The notes under the pieces: model-generated | Databases searched by the model: none | What the model was told of the DNA's origin: nothing | What the model saw: the letters and a program-made list of their open reading frames with translations, nothing else | Source: an uncultured Pseudomonadota bacterium | GTDB lineage: Bacteria; Bdellovibrionota_C; UBA2361; CALMIO01 | NCBI GenBank assembly: GCA_937864035.1 | Contig: CALMIO010000002.1 | Span: 243,877-307,876 of the forward strand | Direction: 5' to 3' | Length of the DNA stretch: 64,000 bases | Shown here: positions 40,623-50,492 of the stretch, one piece after another | Layout: each line of letters starts with the position of its first letter | Numbering within the stretch: position 1 is the first letter of the stretch | Translations under genes and position numbers: made by a program

Positions 40623-42245
40623 ATGGACAAGCAGGATATGAATGAAGGGCAGAGCGTATTTAATTTGAGTTATTTAAAACAACCCAAAGGTCTTTGGTCA
40701 TGGCTTGTTACCCTCGATCACAAGCGAATAGCCCTGCTTTACCTTTCAGCTCTTATTGTTTTCTTTTTTCTTGGTGGGGTTTTTGCTTTGTTGATGCGTT
40801 TGGAACTTGCTCATGTTGGCAAACAGATGATCGATCCTGACACCTATAATATTTTATTTACCTTGCATGGTGTCATAATGATCTTTTTATTTATTGTTCC
40901 CGGCATCCCGGCGGTGCTCGGCAACTTTTGTTTGCCGCTGATGCTTGGCGCTAAAGATGTCGCTTTTCCGCGGCTTAATCTTTTTAGTTACTACATATAT
41001 GTTGCCGGAGCAATTATGGCGATAATTGGACTTAGCAATCCAGCAGATACCGGCTGGACCTTTTATGCCCCTTATAGCGTTCGGACATCTACTGGAGTAA
41101 TTATGATGACCGCTGCTGCCTTTGTTTTGGGATTCTCTTCGATTTTGACTGGCTTGAATTTTATTGTAACCATCCACCGAATGAGAGCGCCCGGTCTTAC
41201 TTGGTTTAGACTCCCAGTTTTTGTTTGGGGGATTTACGCGACCTCAGTAATTCAGGTTTTGGCAACGCCGGTTGTTGGAATGAGTTTGGTGCTTTTGATA
41301 GTTGAGCGAATGTTTGGTTTGGGCATCTTTGATCCAAAGCTCGGAGGAGATCCGGTTTTGTTTCAACATCTTTTCTGGTTCTACTCTCATCCTGTTGTTT
41401 ATATTATGGTATTGCCTGCATTTGGAATTGTCGGCGAAGTAATACCAGTTTTTTCGCGTAAACCTTTATTTGGTTATAAAATGGTGGTCTTTTCCTCGGT
41501 TGGGATTGCCGCGATAGGTTTTTTTGTTTGGGCACATCACATGTTTGTCGCTGGAATTTCCGACCCCTCAGCCAAGATTTTTTCAATCGTAACTTTCGCA
41601 GTTGCTGTGCCAACTGCTATTAAGGTTTTTAATTGGGTTAGCACGATGTATCGAGGATCTATTAGCTTAACTACTCCAATGTTGTACGCGATGGCTTTTG
41701 TTTTTCTTTTTTTAATAGCGGGTACAACAGGAGTTTATTTAGCAACATTGGCAGTAGATGTTTTTTATCACGACACTTATTTTGTAGTGGCGCATTTTCA
41801 TTACACAATTCAAGGGGGCGCGGTTATTGGTTTGATAATGGGGCTTCATTATTGGTTTCCTAAAATTAGCGGTAAGCACTATAACACTATTGTTGCTAAT
41901 ATTGCTTGGGCATTAATTATGATAGGGTTTAACTTAACGTTTTTGCCGCAGTTTGTTTTAGGAATGGAGGGTATGCCTCGTCGCTATTATGATTACCCCG
42001 CTGAATTTCAAAACTTACATACGATTTCAACGGTGGGAGCCTTTATTAATGGTGTTGGTTATATGATGGCTTTGATCAATCTTTTTGTTACCTTTGTTTG
42101 GGGCAAAAGATTTGCTGAAGCCAACCCGTATGAAGCTATTGGTTTGGAGTGGCGCGCTCCGTCTCCACCGCCAACGGAAAATTTTGACCAGCAACCGATA
42201 GTTAACCATGGACCATATGATTATGGGAGGGTGGCGTTACATTAG
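40623..42245 (+). CDS. coxA: Cytochrome c oxidase subunit I
   Basis: 540 aa, LDHKRIALLY N-terminus, conserved His-rich helices (WAHHMF, HFHYT). Confidence 0.92.
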   Translation: MDKQDMNEGQSVFNLSYLKQPKGLWSWLVTLDHKRIALLYLSALIVFFFLGGVFALLMRLELAHVGKQMIDPDTYNILFTLHGVIMIFLFIVPGIPAVLGNFCLPLMLGAKDVAFPRLNLFSYYIYVAGAIMAIIGLSNPADTGWTFYAPYSVRTSTGVIMMTAAAFVLGFSSILTGLNFIVTIHRMRAPGLTWFRLPVFVWGIYATSVIQVLATPVVGMSLVLLIVERMFGLGIFDPKLGGDPVLFQHLFWFYSHPVVYIMVLPAFGIVGEVIPVFSRKPLFGYKMVVFSSVGIAAIGFFVWAHHMFVAGISDPSAKIFSIVTFAVAVPTAIKVFNWVSTMYRGSISLTTPMLYAMAFVFLFLIAGTTGVYLATLAVDVFYHDTYFVVAHFHYTIQGGAVIGLIMGLHYWFPKISGKHYNTIVANIAWALIMIGFNLTFLPQFVLGMEGMPRRYYDYPAEFQNLHTISTVGAFINGVGYMMALINLFVTFVWGKRFAEANPYEAIGLEWRAPSPPPTENFDQQPIVNHGPYDYGRVALH

Positions 42246-42270
42246 TTTTTAAAATTTATAGATTTTTGAT

Positions 42271-42942
42271 ATGAGTTCAGTGGCACAACATGGAACGACA
42301 GATTTTGGTTCAATGGATACCGCGCCGGAGCATCGCGCTCCCCCGCATGTGCATCATATGGACGCGGTAACCGCTTATCATGCGGCTAAGCTTGGTATGT
42401 GGCTTTTTTTGGCAACCGAAATTCTTTTGTTTGCAGTTTTATTTACAGCGTTCGCTATTTTTAAGTGGTACTACTTTGCCGAATTTCACGCTGCTAGCAA
42501 AGAGCTTAATTGGAAATTGGGAATGTTTAACACGGCGGTTTTGCTTTTTAGTAGTTTCACAGCAGCTTTAGCGGTGGACGCGGCTCAGCACGGGCAAAAC
42601 CGAAAGGTCGTTAAAAATCTTTTTATTTCGATTGCTTGTGGGGGTATTTTTTTGATCGTTAAAGCGATTGAGTATGGTGCAAAATATAGCCATGGCATGT
42701 TTATTGGAGGTGAACATTTTCATCAATTCTCAAATTTTTTAAGTATTTATTATTGCTTAACAGGATTGCATGCTTTGCACGTTGTTATCGGAATGATTGT
42801 TTTGTTTTGGGCATCAACCAAGGCTATGAGACGGATGTATTCTCCGGTTTATTACACACCCGTAGAGCTTGGCGCTTTGTACTGGCATCTTGTAGATCTT
42901 ATTTGGATTTATCTTTTTCCTCTTCTTTACTTAATAGGCTAG
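42271..42942 (+). CDS. coxC: Cytochrome c oxidase subunit III
   Basis: 223 aa, multi-TM, typical subunit III pattern and position. Confidence 0.85.
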   Translation: MSSVAQHGTTDFGSMDTAPEHRAPPHVHHMDAVTAYHAAKLGMWLFLATEILLFAVLFTAFAIFKWYYFAEFHAASKELNWKLGMFNTAVLLFSSFTAALAVDAAQHGQNRKVVKNLFISIACGGIFLIVKAIEYGAKYSHGMFIGGEHFHQFSNFLSIYYCLTGLHALHVVIGMIVLFWASTKAMRRMYSPVYYTPVELGALYWHLVDLIWIYLFPLLYLIG

Positions 42943-42946
42943 TTAT

Positions 42947-43342
42947 ATGTCTGAAAATTCATCTCATTCTCACGATGCTCACGCTCTCCCAGATCCTCAC
43001 GATTTCGGACACACCGTGCCATATCCGGTTTATCTGAAGGTTTTTGTTTCGCTTTTGGTTTTAACGGTTATAACCGTAGTTATTTCTCGTTTTGATTTTG
43101 GCGAATTTAACCTAGTGGTTGCGATGTTGATTGCGTCAATCAAAGCTCTTCTGGTGGCATTGTTTTTTATGCACCTTAAGTTTGAGAATAAAATAGTTTG
43201 GCTTTACGCCGGCGTGCCCTTGTTCTTACTGGGAGTTATGCTTATCGGAATATTTATTGATAATCCATATAGGATGGGAGATCGTCAACCATCTCGGACA
43301 ACCGAACATATCGCGCCGAAGTACAACGGCAGTAGCCACTAA
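42947..43342 (+). CDS. Cytochrome c oxidase subunit IV (caa3-type CtaF/CoxD family)
   Basis: 131 aa, 3 TM, conserved FFMHLK block, directly after coxC. Confidence 0.65.
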   Translation: MSENSSHSHDAHALPDPHDFGHTVPYPVYLKVFVSLLVLTVITVVISRFDFGEFNLVVAMLIASIKALLVALFFMHLKFENKIVWLYAGVPLFLLGVMLIGIFIDNPYRMGDRQPSRTTEHIAPKYNGSSH

Positions 43343-43388
43343 TTTTTTTTAAACCACCATCATTTGGTGGTTTTATTCTTTTTCGGCT

Positions 43389-44501
43389 ATGCGAATGTCT
43401 TTTGCCATTAGCTCATTTTTTTTCTTGCTTTTATTTGGCGAAAAAATTTGTTGCGCCGATCAAATTATAGCTGGCCCATATCTTCAAGACGCAAACAAAG
43501 ACAACATGACGGTTGCTTGGGTTGCGAGCGATAAGGGGTATGGAAAATTGCGGATAATATCTTCAACAACTGAAAGAAGACTCTTCCGCGGCGCCCCCTC
43601 TAATTATAGGGCGGTTAAAGTTTTTGGGTTAAAACCATCAACATCGTATCGGTATTATATTTTGGCAGATTCTGGTAGTAAAAAAATTTACAAAGCAGTT
43701 TTTAAAACGTCTCCGGAAAGTGGCGCTGAAAAATTTCGCGCCGTTGTTTTTGGAGACTCGGGAACCGCTTCGCCGGAGCAATTTGCGCTTGCAAAAAAAA
43801 TTGAAAAAGTTCGTCCCAATATTCTCATTCATACCGGAGATTTAATTTATCCTAAAGGAGAGAGGGAGAATTATTTTGGGGCTTTTTTTGAGCCTTATCG
43901 TAGATTGCTTCCGCGCATTCCTTTTTATCCAGCGCTTGGCAATCACGATGTTTCAAACATCGATGCTTATCTCGACTATTTTCATCTGCCAAAACGAACT
44001 AGCGGCAGTGAACGTTATTACTCTTTTGTTTATGGAGCGGCCGAGTTTTTCGCGCTCGATAGTAATCTTCCTTTAGATCAAAATTCTAATCAGTATTTGT
44101 GGCTTAAAGACAACTTAAGTCAAAAACAGGAAAATTTGTGGCGAATAGTTTTTTTTCACCACCCACCATTTTCAGCTGGAGGACATGGAGATACTCTAAG
44201 GGTTAGGGAGAGTTTGGTTCCGCTCTTTGAAAAGTACCAAGTTAATTTAGTTATAAGCGGTCACGAGCACTCTTATCAAAGATCTCATTTAAATAACGAG
44301 AGAGGAATAATAAGACCGTTGTATATGGTTACCGGTGGCGGCGGCGCGCCGCTCGCTGAGCACCAACGTGATTCCGAAAAAATCGCCGTTTATTTTAGAG
44401 CGTTTCATTTTGTGATTTTGGACATTGATCAAAACCTGATTAAAACAGAGGTCATAGATTTGTCGGGTAAGGTAATAGATAACTTTTCGCTGGAACGTTA
44501 A
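43389..44501 (+). CDS. Secreted purple-acid-phosphatase-like metallophosphoesterase
   Basis: Signal peptide, N-terminal PAP-type domain (GPYLQ...MTVAWV), metallophosphoesterase motifs GDSG, HTGDLIY, GNHD, GHEHSYQR. Confidence 0.7.
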   Translation: MRMSFAISSFFFLLLFGEKICCADQIIAGPYLQDANKDNMTVAWVASDKGYGKLRIISSTTERRLFRGAPSNYRAVKVFGLKPSTSYRYYILADSGSKKIYKAVFKTSPESGAEKFRAVVFGDSGTASPEQFALAKKIEKVRPNILIHTGDLIYPKGERENYFGAFFEPYRRLLPRIPFYPALGNHDVSNIDAYLDYFHLPKRTSGSERYYSFVYGAAEFFALDSNLPLDQNSNQYLWLKDNLSQKQENLWRIVFFHHPPFSAGGHGDTLRVRESLVPLFEKYQVNLVISGHEHSYQRSHLNNERGIIRPLYMVTGGGGAPLAEHQRDSEKIAVYFRAFHFVILDIDQNLIKTEVIDLSGKVIDNFSLER

Positions 44502-45265
44502 TTAAAAACAACCCCAAGAGCCCGTTTTTTTATAAAACTAATCGCAGAAGAACTTTGAAGGTTAATATAAAAAGAGGTATCTCCCAACCCACAAGAGAGC
44601 ACTGTTCCAAAAGAAGTTGTTCCGATTAATCCCAATCTGTTATTTTTATTTTTTGCTAGGGCGGGTCCTCCGGAATCGCCATTGCAAGTGTTGCTACTGA
44701 TACCAGTAAAGTGAGTAATAAAATGATCTCTAGTGACAGCCGCAATTGTAGCAGTTCCAACATTAAGAACGCCTATTTTCCCAAATTGATCTCTGCCGTA
44801 ACCAGCTATGGAAATTTTAGCGCCGGGAGATGTTTTTACCGAAGTTAAAAGAGGAATTTGTTTAACTCCTCTAGGTTTTCTGCGTAGCCGCAAAATTGCC
44901 AAGTCGTTATATAAAAAACCATCTTGTTTTCCAATTTTGATTTTTGGATGAATATAAAAAGAGCTGAGAGAGAAAAATTTTTCGCCAAATTTCACTCGAA
45001 TATTATTGCGAGAAACCTGATCCACGCAATGCCAAGCCGTTAAAACTGCTGTTGGTCCTATTAGAGAACCAGAACAAATTCCGGTTCTCCCAAAAAAATC
45101 TTTTGTTATGACCAAACCGATTGGCGAACCTTTTGTTGAGGCTGGGGCTCCGTTGATAATTTTGAAGTTAAAAGATGAACTGCTCTGGCTTTCGCAGATT
45201 GAATTGGCGACGCAGAGAAAAGAGATAACGAATGCCCCTAAAAATTTAATTTGAATATTTTTCAT
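44498..45265 (-). CDS. Secreted trypsin-like serine protease (S1 family)
   Basis: Signal peptide, His active-site TAWHCV, Ser active-site CNGDSGGP. Confidence 0.75.
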   Translation of the reverse strand: MKNIQIKFLGAFVISFLCVANSICESQSSSSFNFKIINGAPASTKGSPIGLVITKDFFGRTGICSGSLIGPTAVLTAWHCVDQVSRNNIRVKFGEKFFSLSSFYIHPKIKIGKQDGFLYNDLAILRLRRKPRGVKQIPLLTSVKTSPGAKISIAGYGRDQFGKIGVLNVGTATIAAVTRDHFITHFTGISSNTCNGDSGGPALAKNKNNRLGLIGTTSFGTVLSCGLGDTSFYINLQSSSAISFIKKRALGVVFN

Positions 45266-45349
45266 TAATATTAATAAGGATCATTTAGATTTTATCTGGC
45301 AAAGATACTTTAATTTTAAAACTTAGGCAAATTAAAACCTAAAAACTCT

Positions 45350-47386
45350 CTAATTAAATTCATATATTAAAAAGTCGCCGTAATTGCTGATAATTTTAAG
45401 ACAATTAAATGATTGGCTGTTTAAAGCTGGATAAGCTTTGCGCTCTAGCGGACCCAAGATCACGTATCTAATATTTTCTTTTTGCAGAAGAGTCCGTTTG
45501 TTTTCGCAGAAATTGTCAAGATAAATCTCTTTGGTAACATTATTTCTTCTCTCTGTTTCGGCATAAGCTTTATAAAGAAGATTGATGTGGTTAATCCATC
45601 CCAAATAACTCTGTTTGCCAGCAAGAGTTGAAATAGCGGAGGTGTAACTATAGGGGTTTCCCTGCGCCTCCAACACAACGCCTTCTTGAGCGTCACCTAG
45701 CTTTTTAATTGTCTCAGCCGCTCCGGCGAACTCACTCTCGATTTGAGACAAACCACGCTCTTTGGGTTGCATGACTGTGCCTTTAAATGATCTAATTTTA
45801 GTGGTATCAGAGAAAAAACCCGAAAGAACTATTAAAAACGCGATTCCTAATGGATAAGTTATATAAGAGATTTTTGGGAAACTTTCTTTAAATTTTTCAT
45901 ATAAAGAACCAAGCATATAAATTGCGTAGAGGTTTAGGAAATACCAATTAGAACTGTAAATTTTGAAAATAGTGTTCATTCGCTCATTTTCTCCCCCGTA
46001 AGGATCATCCATAAAGATAGTTTCGGGTAAAATTAAAAGAAATATGGCGGTTACCCCAAGGGCTTCAGCAACATTTTTTCTGTTGCATATTCTAAAGCAG
46101 ATTGTTCCGAAAAGGGGTAAAAGAACCCAAAGCGCTTCGCTTGAAAAAAAGAGAGGCACGGCCAGTAGCGCGCTAAAAAATCTCTCAAAAATAGTTTGTG
46201 CCGTAAAAATGGCGCCGAAGAAGATAATCACTAAAGGCACTCCAAAATGTAAGCCTAATTCACTTAAGTTAGTTCTTATTATCGGCGCTTTGACTAATTT
46301 AAAAGGATAACTTTCAACAGAGATTTCTTTTTTCATTAAGAACAGAGAAATTGATAAAATTAGCAAAAAAGAGAGAAGAACGAGCGCGTTTTGAGAAAAT
46401 TTTAGCTTATCAAATAGCTCTGACTTTTTAATGTTTTTTAAAGATTTAAAATTGACCGCCGCGAATATTAGCGAGAATAAAAATATGATCCAAATAGGAG
46501 CTTCCCAAGCATTGGCCGTGAATAACCAGAGAGGCATGGTTATAAAAGCGAATATGGCGAGAAGAATATGTCGCTCCAAGGAGAAACAATGCGGAATCGC
46601 TCTTGATAACAATAAAAAAGCGAAGGGTATAAAACCTAAATTCAAAAAATGTGGGTGAAGATCTCCAAGCAGAAAAGACCAAGCTGGAAATTCATTAATT
46701 GCTCCCTTTATTACCCTTGAAGGCCCCCACCAATTTTTGTCTTCAAGATAAAAATGCTTAATGCCAGAAAAATTTGAACCAACAGCAATAGCAACCGTAA
46801 AGCAAAATGAGCTAATTGAGTTGAATTTGAGAACAACCTTAAGTGCCGCATAAATAGAGCTTGCATAAAAAGCTAGAGAGAAAGCCGCTAAAGAATGGTA
46901 CACAACCCATGTTTCAATTTCGAGAAGGTTGCTTAAGACCGCCCCAAATCTATACCAATATATGTAGTACCCAAGCCTTTCTCCGGCAAACCAAGGCTCA
47001 ATTGGGAAGGTCGGATTGTTAATAACTGCGCTTAGTAAAGAGTAATCTCTCAGCCTTTCGCCGATCGGATAAAAATCTGGCCATAAAAGGCAGAGCTCAT
47101 AAAAACAAACGTAAGAAATAAAAAATATGGTTAACGGACCGATTTGAAAGGCAAAATTTTTTTTTCTAAAAGGATTTTGAAAAGAAAAATTAAAAAAAAG
47201 AGCGACTAGCAGTTGTATTAATAATAAAGATATGTAAATCGACAGCTTGAAAGAAACCGACAATTTGCTCAGCAAAACAGCCAACAAAGGAAGAGTTAAT
47301 AAAGTTAAAAACGTGAACTCATATATTCTGCGGGTCAAAGTTGAGTAAAATAAGGCTATTAGAGAGATTGCTAATAGGAGAATCAT
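45350..47386 (-). CDS. Large polytopic membrane protein (678 aa), DUF2298/YYY-like, putative GT-C-type glycosyltransferase
   Basis: More than 12 TM segments, shared motif FPAWSFLLGDLHPHF and Tyr-rich segment GYYIYWY. Paralog of the adjacent upstream gene. Confidence 0.55.
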   Translation of the reverse strand: MILLLAISLIALFYSTLTRRIYEFTFLTLLTLPLLAVLLSKLSVSFKLSIYISLLLIQLLVALFFNFSFQNPFRKKNFAFQIGPLTIFFISYVCFYELCLLWPDFYPIGERLRDYSLLSAVINNPTFPIEPWFAGERLGYYIYWYRFGAVLSNLLEIETWVVYHSLAAFSLAFYASSIYAALKVVLKFNSISSFCFTVAIAVGSNFSGIKHFYLEDKNWWGPSRVIKGAINEFPAWSFLLGDLHPHFLNLGFIPFAFLLLSRAIPHCFSLERHILLAIFAFITMPLWLFTANAWEAPIWIIFLFSLIFAAVNFKSLKNIKKSELFDKLKFSQNALVLLSFLLILSISLFLMKKEISVESYPFKLVKAPIIRTNLSELGLHFGVPLVIIFFGAIFTAQTIFERFFSALLAVPLFFSSEALWVLLPLFGTICFRICNRKNVAEALGVTAIFLLILPETIFMDDPYGGENERMNTIFKIYSSNWYFLNLYAIYMLGSLYEKFKESFPKISYITYPLGIAFLIVLSGFFSDTTKIRSFKGTVMQPKERGLSQIESEFAGAAETIKKLGDAQEGVVLEAQGNPYSYTSAISTLAGKQSYLGWINHINLLYKAYAETERRNNVTKEIYLDNFCENKRTLLQKENIRYVILGPLERKAYPALNSQSFNCLKIISNYGDFLIYEFN

Positions 47387-49611
47387 AATTTGATTTTAAA
47401 TAGATAACTTGAATTTTCCGACCAAACCACTTCAAAGATATTAGGAAAATCAAGAAACAACCTTAGTCCTTGATCTCCGTAAGTTGCTCGCTCCAATCCG
47501 CTAAAAACAAGGTAATTAATTTTATAATTTTTGATGATTTCAACCGCTTGATCGATAAAACTAGTTTGATAAAGCAAGCGCAAGTCATTTTGGCGCTTGT
47601 TAATCTCGTCTCGACTGACACCCCGTTGAACAAGATGATATTCCCAACCTAAAACAGTAGGCAGGCCAGTGTGCATGGTAATTCTAGTAAAATCTCCATA
47701 AGAGCCCCCGAATGCTTCGGCAATTACCGGCACTCCTTGCACCATTTTGTTTAAATATTGCACAATTGCGTTATCATTGGGCGAATATTGCGCGTAATAA
47801 GCTTCGCCGTCCAGTGTTGGACGAGGACCAGCAACCCTTTGAAAACGAGCCATTAAAACCATCAGGGATATCGCGCCTGCGAAACTAAGAAAGAGAGGTG
47901 CTGTGTAAAGCGCACTGCTGGCATAGCGAAAGAGAAAATCTTTTTCTCTTGAGGCAATAAGCAATTTTTGCAAACCGACTAAGGTGGCGATTCCTAAAAG
48001 AGGATATACGATATAATAGATTTTAAAAATCGTGTTCATCCTGTCAAAAAGATAAAGTTGTTCCGCTAGAATAATCGTTGAGCCTAAAGAGATAAGTAAA
48101 ATTCCGCTAAAAAAAGATCGCAGATAAGATCTGTCGGTGATAACAAGCCACAACGTCCCGAAAAAAATTATAAGTGCTGCAAAACAAGCAATCTCGAAAT
48201 TTGGCGGATTGAGAAGAGGAGTTTTTTCAGAAGCTCTAATAAAAATCTCTATTCGTGAGAGAAGGAATGCTAAACTAGAAATTATTAGCGCGAGCGACAT
48301 TTTGACAACAGCTTTAAATTTATTTTTGGCGGCGAAAAATATTTGTATCATAGCCAAGACCATTAATGGCGCGACAAATTGTCCGAAAGCGGAAAAAGCT
48401 TGCCAAAAACGATTGAATTCTGGGGCTGTTACGAAACCTAGACCCGGGAGTGAATCGCCCCGCACTTTGATAAAAAAAGGTAAAAGTATGGGAGAAGCCG
48501 CTAGCGAGATGAAAAAAATATCTCTGATAGCTCTTATAAACACCCTTCCTATAGACCTGATATTTAATTTTGGCAGGGGTCGAAACAGGATAATAACAAG
48601 AGTTAATGTTGAATAAAAAAGAAAATCCCAAACGTTTATTGCCATTAACGCTCCGAGAGAAAGACCGGCAAGCAGTAATCTTCCAAGAGTAATAGAAGAA
48701 AATTTTATTCCAGCTCCTCCAATTAACGGAATTAAGAGAAACAAAAAGGCCATTGAAAATGGGGGCGCGATCATGTGCGGGTGTAAATCTGCAAACAAAT
48801 ATGACCAGATTGGAAACTCCGTGAAAGCCGGAGAGGTGAAAAAGCGGGTAGTTGCCCAAAATAGATCAAAAGAGTTCTTTGCTGGACTTGAATAAACATC
48901 CGATCCGCTTAAAACCAATCTGAACAACTCTAGATTTGCAGAAAAAACGGCAAGAAAAAGAGCTCCGAAAAATGCAAAAATTCTTTTTTTGGTTAATGTT
49001 GTTAAAATTGAATAAAGCGTGCTTGCAAACAGACCAGCGGCGCTTGCAACCGATAAATTATAACCAAATCGTGGATCAACACCGCTAAGCTTATGAACCA
49101 ATCCCCAAAAGTAGTAACCAAAATAATAATATTTAAGTGGCATGCCGGCGGCCCAAGGCTCTTCAGCCGGAAAGTTTGTAAGTCGATTAAAATATCTAAT
49201 AAAACTTAAATCCATTGGTTTTTCTCCCCAGTAAATTTCCGGGTGAAAAGCTAAATTAATTGCAATTGCAACGAATGCCAGAAAAAAAATCAATTCGGCG
49301 TAGAAAAGTTCTTTGATAATATTTTTTAGATCTGGCCGAATTTTTTTTCGAAGATAAAGAGTTGCCGTTAGAGAAAAAAACAAAAAGCCGCTAAAGATAA
49401 TTTTTACTCTGATCGGGGAAAGTGGTAATGGAAGCAGAAGAGAAGTTGCCCATATAAAACAACCAACTAATAGCAACCCCAAAACCTTCGATATTCCAAA
49501 TCCAAAATCATTGGAAAAACGCAAAAGGGTTAAATTGATTGGTAGGCTAATAAGCCCAATAAAAAAAAGAATTACCAGCCAGATTGCCGAATTATAAAGC
49601 GATTCCATCAA
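47383..49611 (-). CDS. Large polytopic membrane protein (742 aa), DUF2298/YYY-like, putative GT-C-type glycosyltransferase
   Basis: Motif FPIWSYLFADLHPHM and LKYYYFGYYF. 4-nt overlap with the downstream paralog. Confidence 0.55.
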   Translation of the reverse strand: MMESLYNSAIWLVILFFIGLISLPINLTLLRFSNDFGFGISKVLGLLLVGCFIWATSLLLPLPLSPIRVKIIFSGFLFFSLTATLYLRKKIRPDLKNIIKELFYAELIFFLAFVAIAINLAFHPEIYWGEKPMDLSFIRYFNRLTNFPAEEPWAAGMPLKYYYFGYYFWGLVHKLSGVDPRFGYNLSVASAAGLFASTLYSILTTLTKKRIFAFFGALFLAVFSANLELFRLVLSGSDVYSSPAKNSFDLFWATTRFFTSPAFTEFPIWSYLFADLHPHMIAPPFSMAFLFLLIPLIGGAGIKFSSITLGRLLLAGLSLGALMAINVWDFLFYSTLTLVIILFRPLPKLNIRSIGRVFIRAIRDIFFISLAASPILLPFFIKVRGDSLPGLGFVTAPEFNRFWQAFSAFGQFVAPLMVLAMIQIFFAAKNKFKAVVKMSLALIISSLAFLLSRIEIFIRASEKTPLLNPPNFEIACFAALIIFFGTLWLVITDRSYLRSFFSGILLISLGSTIILAEQLYLFDRMNTIFKIYYIVYPLLGIATLVGLQKLLIASREKDFLFRYASSALYTAPLFLSFAGAISLMVLMARFQRVAGPRPTLDGEAYYAQYSPNDNAIVQYLNKMVQGVPVIAEAFGGSYGDFTRITMHTGLPTVLGWEYHLVQRGVSRDEINKRQNDLRLLYQTSFIDQAVEIIKNYKINYLVFSGLERATYGDQGLRLFLDFPNIFEVVWSENSSYLFKIKL

Positions 49612-49799
49612 TAATATTTTATTTTCCCTTAGGTATTTTAGCTATATAGCGATTGATCTGGGAGTTTATGCAAGAGTAATTTGCTTCTTTTCTTCGAAAA
49701 TCGATCTATTCTTGCAAAGCGTCCCCTCAAAAGGCAGTATAATAAGGACGATTTTTTGCCTCGAGTTTTTCGCGAAAAGTCCATAAAAATAGGAGCGCC

Positions 49800-50492
49800 A
49801 TGAACATAGATTTAAAAAAAACACTCGCTAAAAAAATTGCCAACCAGATTAAAGATGGAGAGATCGTAGGAGTTGGTACTGGTTCAACGGTAGAAGCTGT
49901 TATTTCTGAGATAGGCCTAAGAATTAGTAACGAAGGCATAAAAATTAGTGCGGTTCCAAGCTCAACCAGAACAGCTTTAGCCTTGCAGACAGCTGGTATT
50001 ACCACTCTAACTTCAAGATATTCTGGTCAGTTGGCTTGGAGCTTTGACGGCGCTGATTTAGTAGAGAAGAGTTCTCTTTGGAGTTTAAAGGGCGCTGGAG
50101 GTTTGGCGATGCTTGGTGAAAAAATTATGGCGACCCGCTCCGAACGGTTTATTGTTTTAATCTCGGAAGAAAAGTTTGTTGATAAATTACAAGACGTTTC
50201 TGTTCCGATTGAGGTTGTTCCTCAAGCGATAGAGTATGTAAGGCGAGAATTGCTGAAAATGGGAGCAAAAAAAGTTGAGCTGAAGTTAGCCAACGAAAAA
50301 CTTGGACCGGCTTATACTGAATCGGGTAATCTGGTTTTATTTGGTGACTTTTTAAAAATTAGCCGCGAACTTAATTTGTTAATAAAAAGTTTGACTGGCG
50401 TTGTTGAAACTGGTTTGTTTATTGGAGAAGTTGATGAAATTTATGTTGGCAAAGCGGACGGAAGCATAGAGCATTTTGTTGCCCAGGCTTAG
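49800..50492 (+). CDS. rpiA: Ribose-5-phosphate isomerase A
   Basis: GVGTGSTV phosphate-binding motif and DGADLV, 230 aa. Confidence 0.85.
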   Translation: MNIDLKKTLAKKIANQIKDGEIVGVGTGSTVEAVISEIGLRISNEGIKISAVPSSTRTALALQTAGITTLTSRYSGQLAWSFDGADLVEKSSLWSLKGAGGLAMLGEKIMATRSERFIVLISEEKFVDKLQDVSVPIEVVPQAIEYVRRELLKMGAKKVELKLANEKLGPAYTESGNLVLFGDFLKISRELNLLIKSLTGVVETGLFIGEVDEIYVGKADGSIEHFVAQA

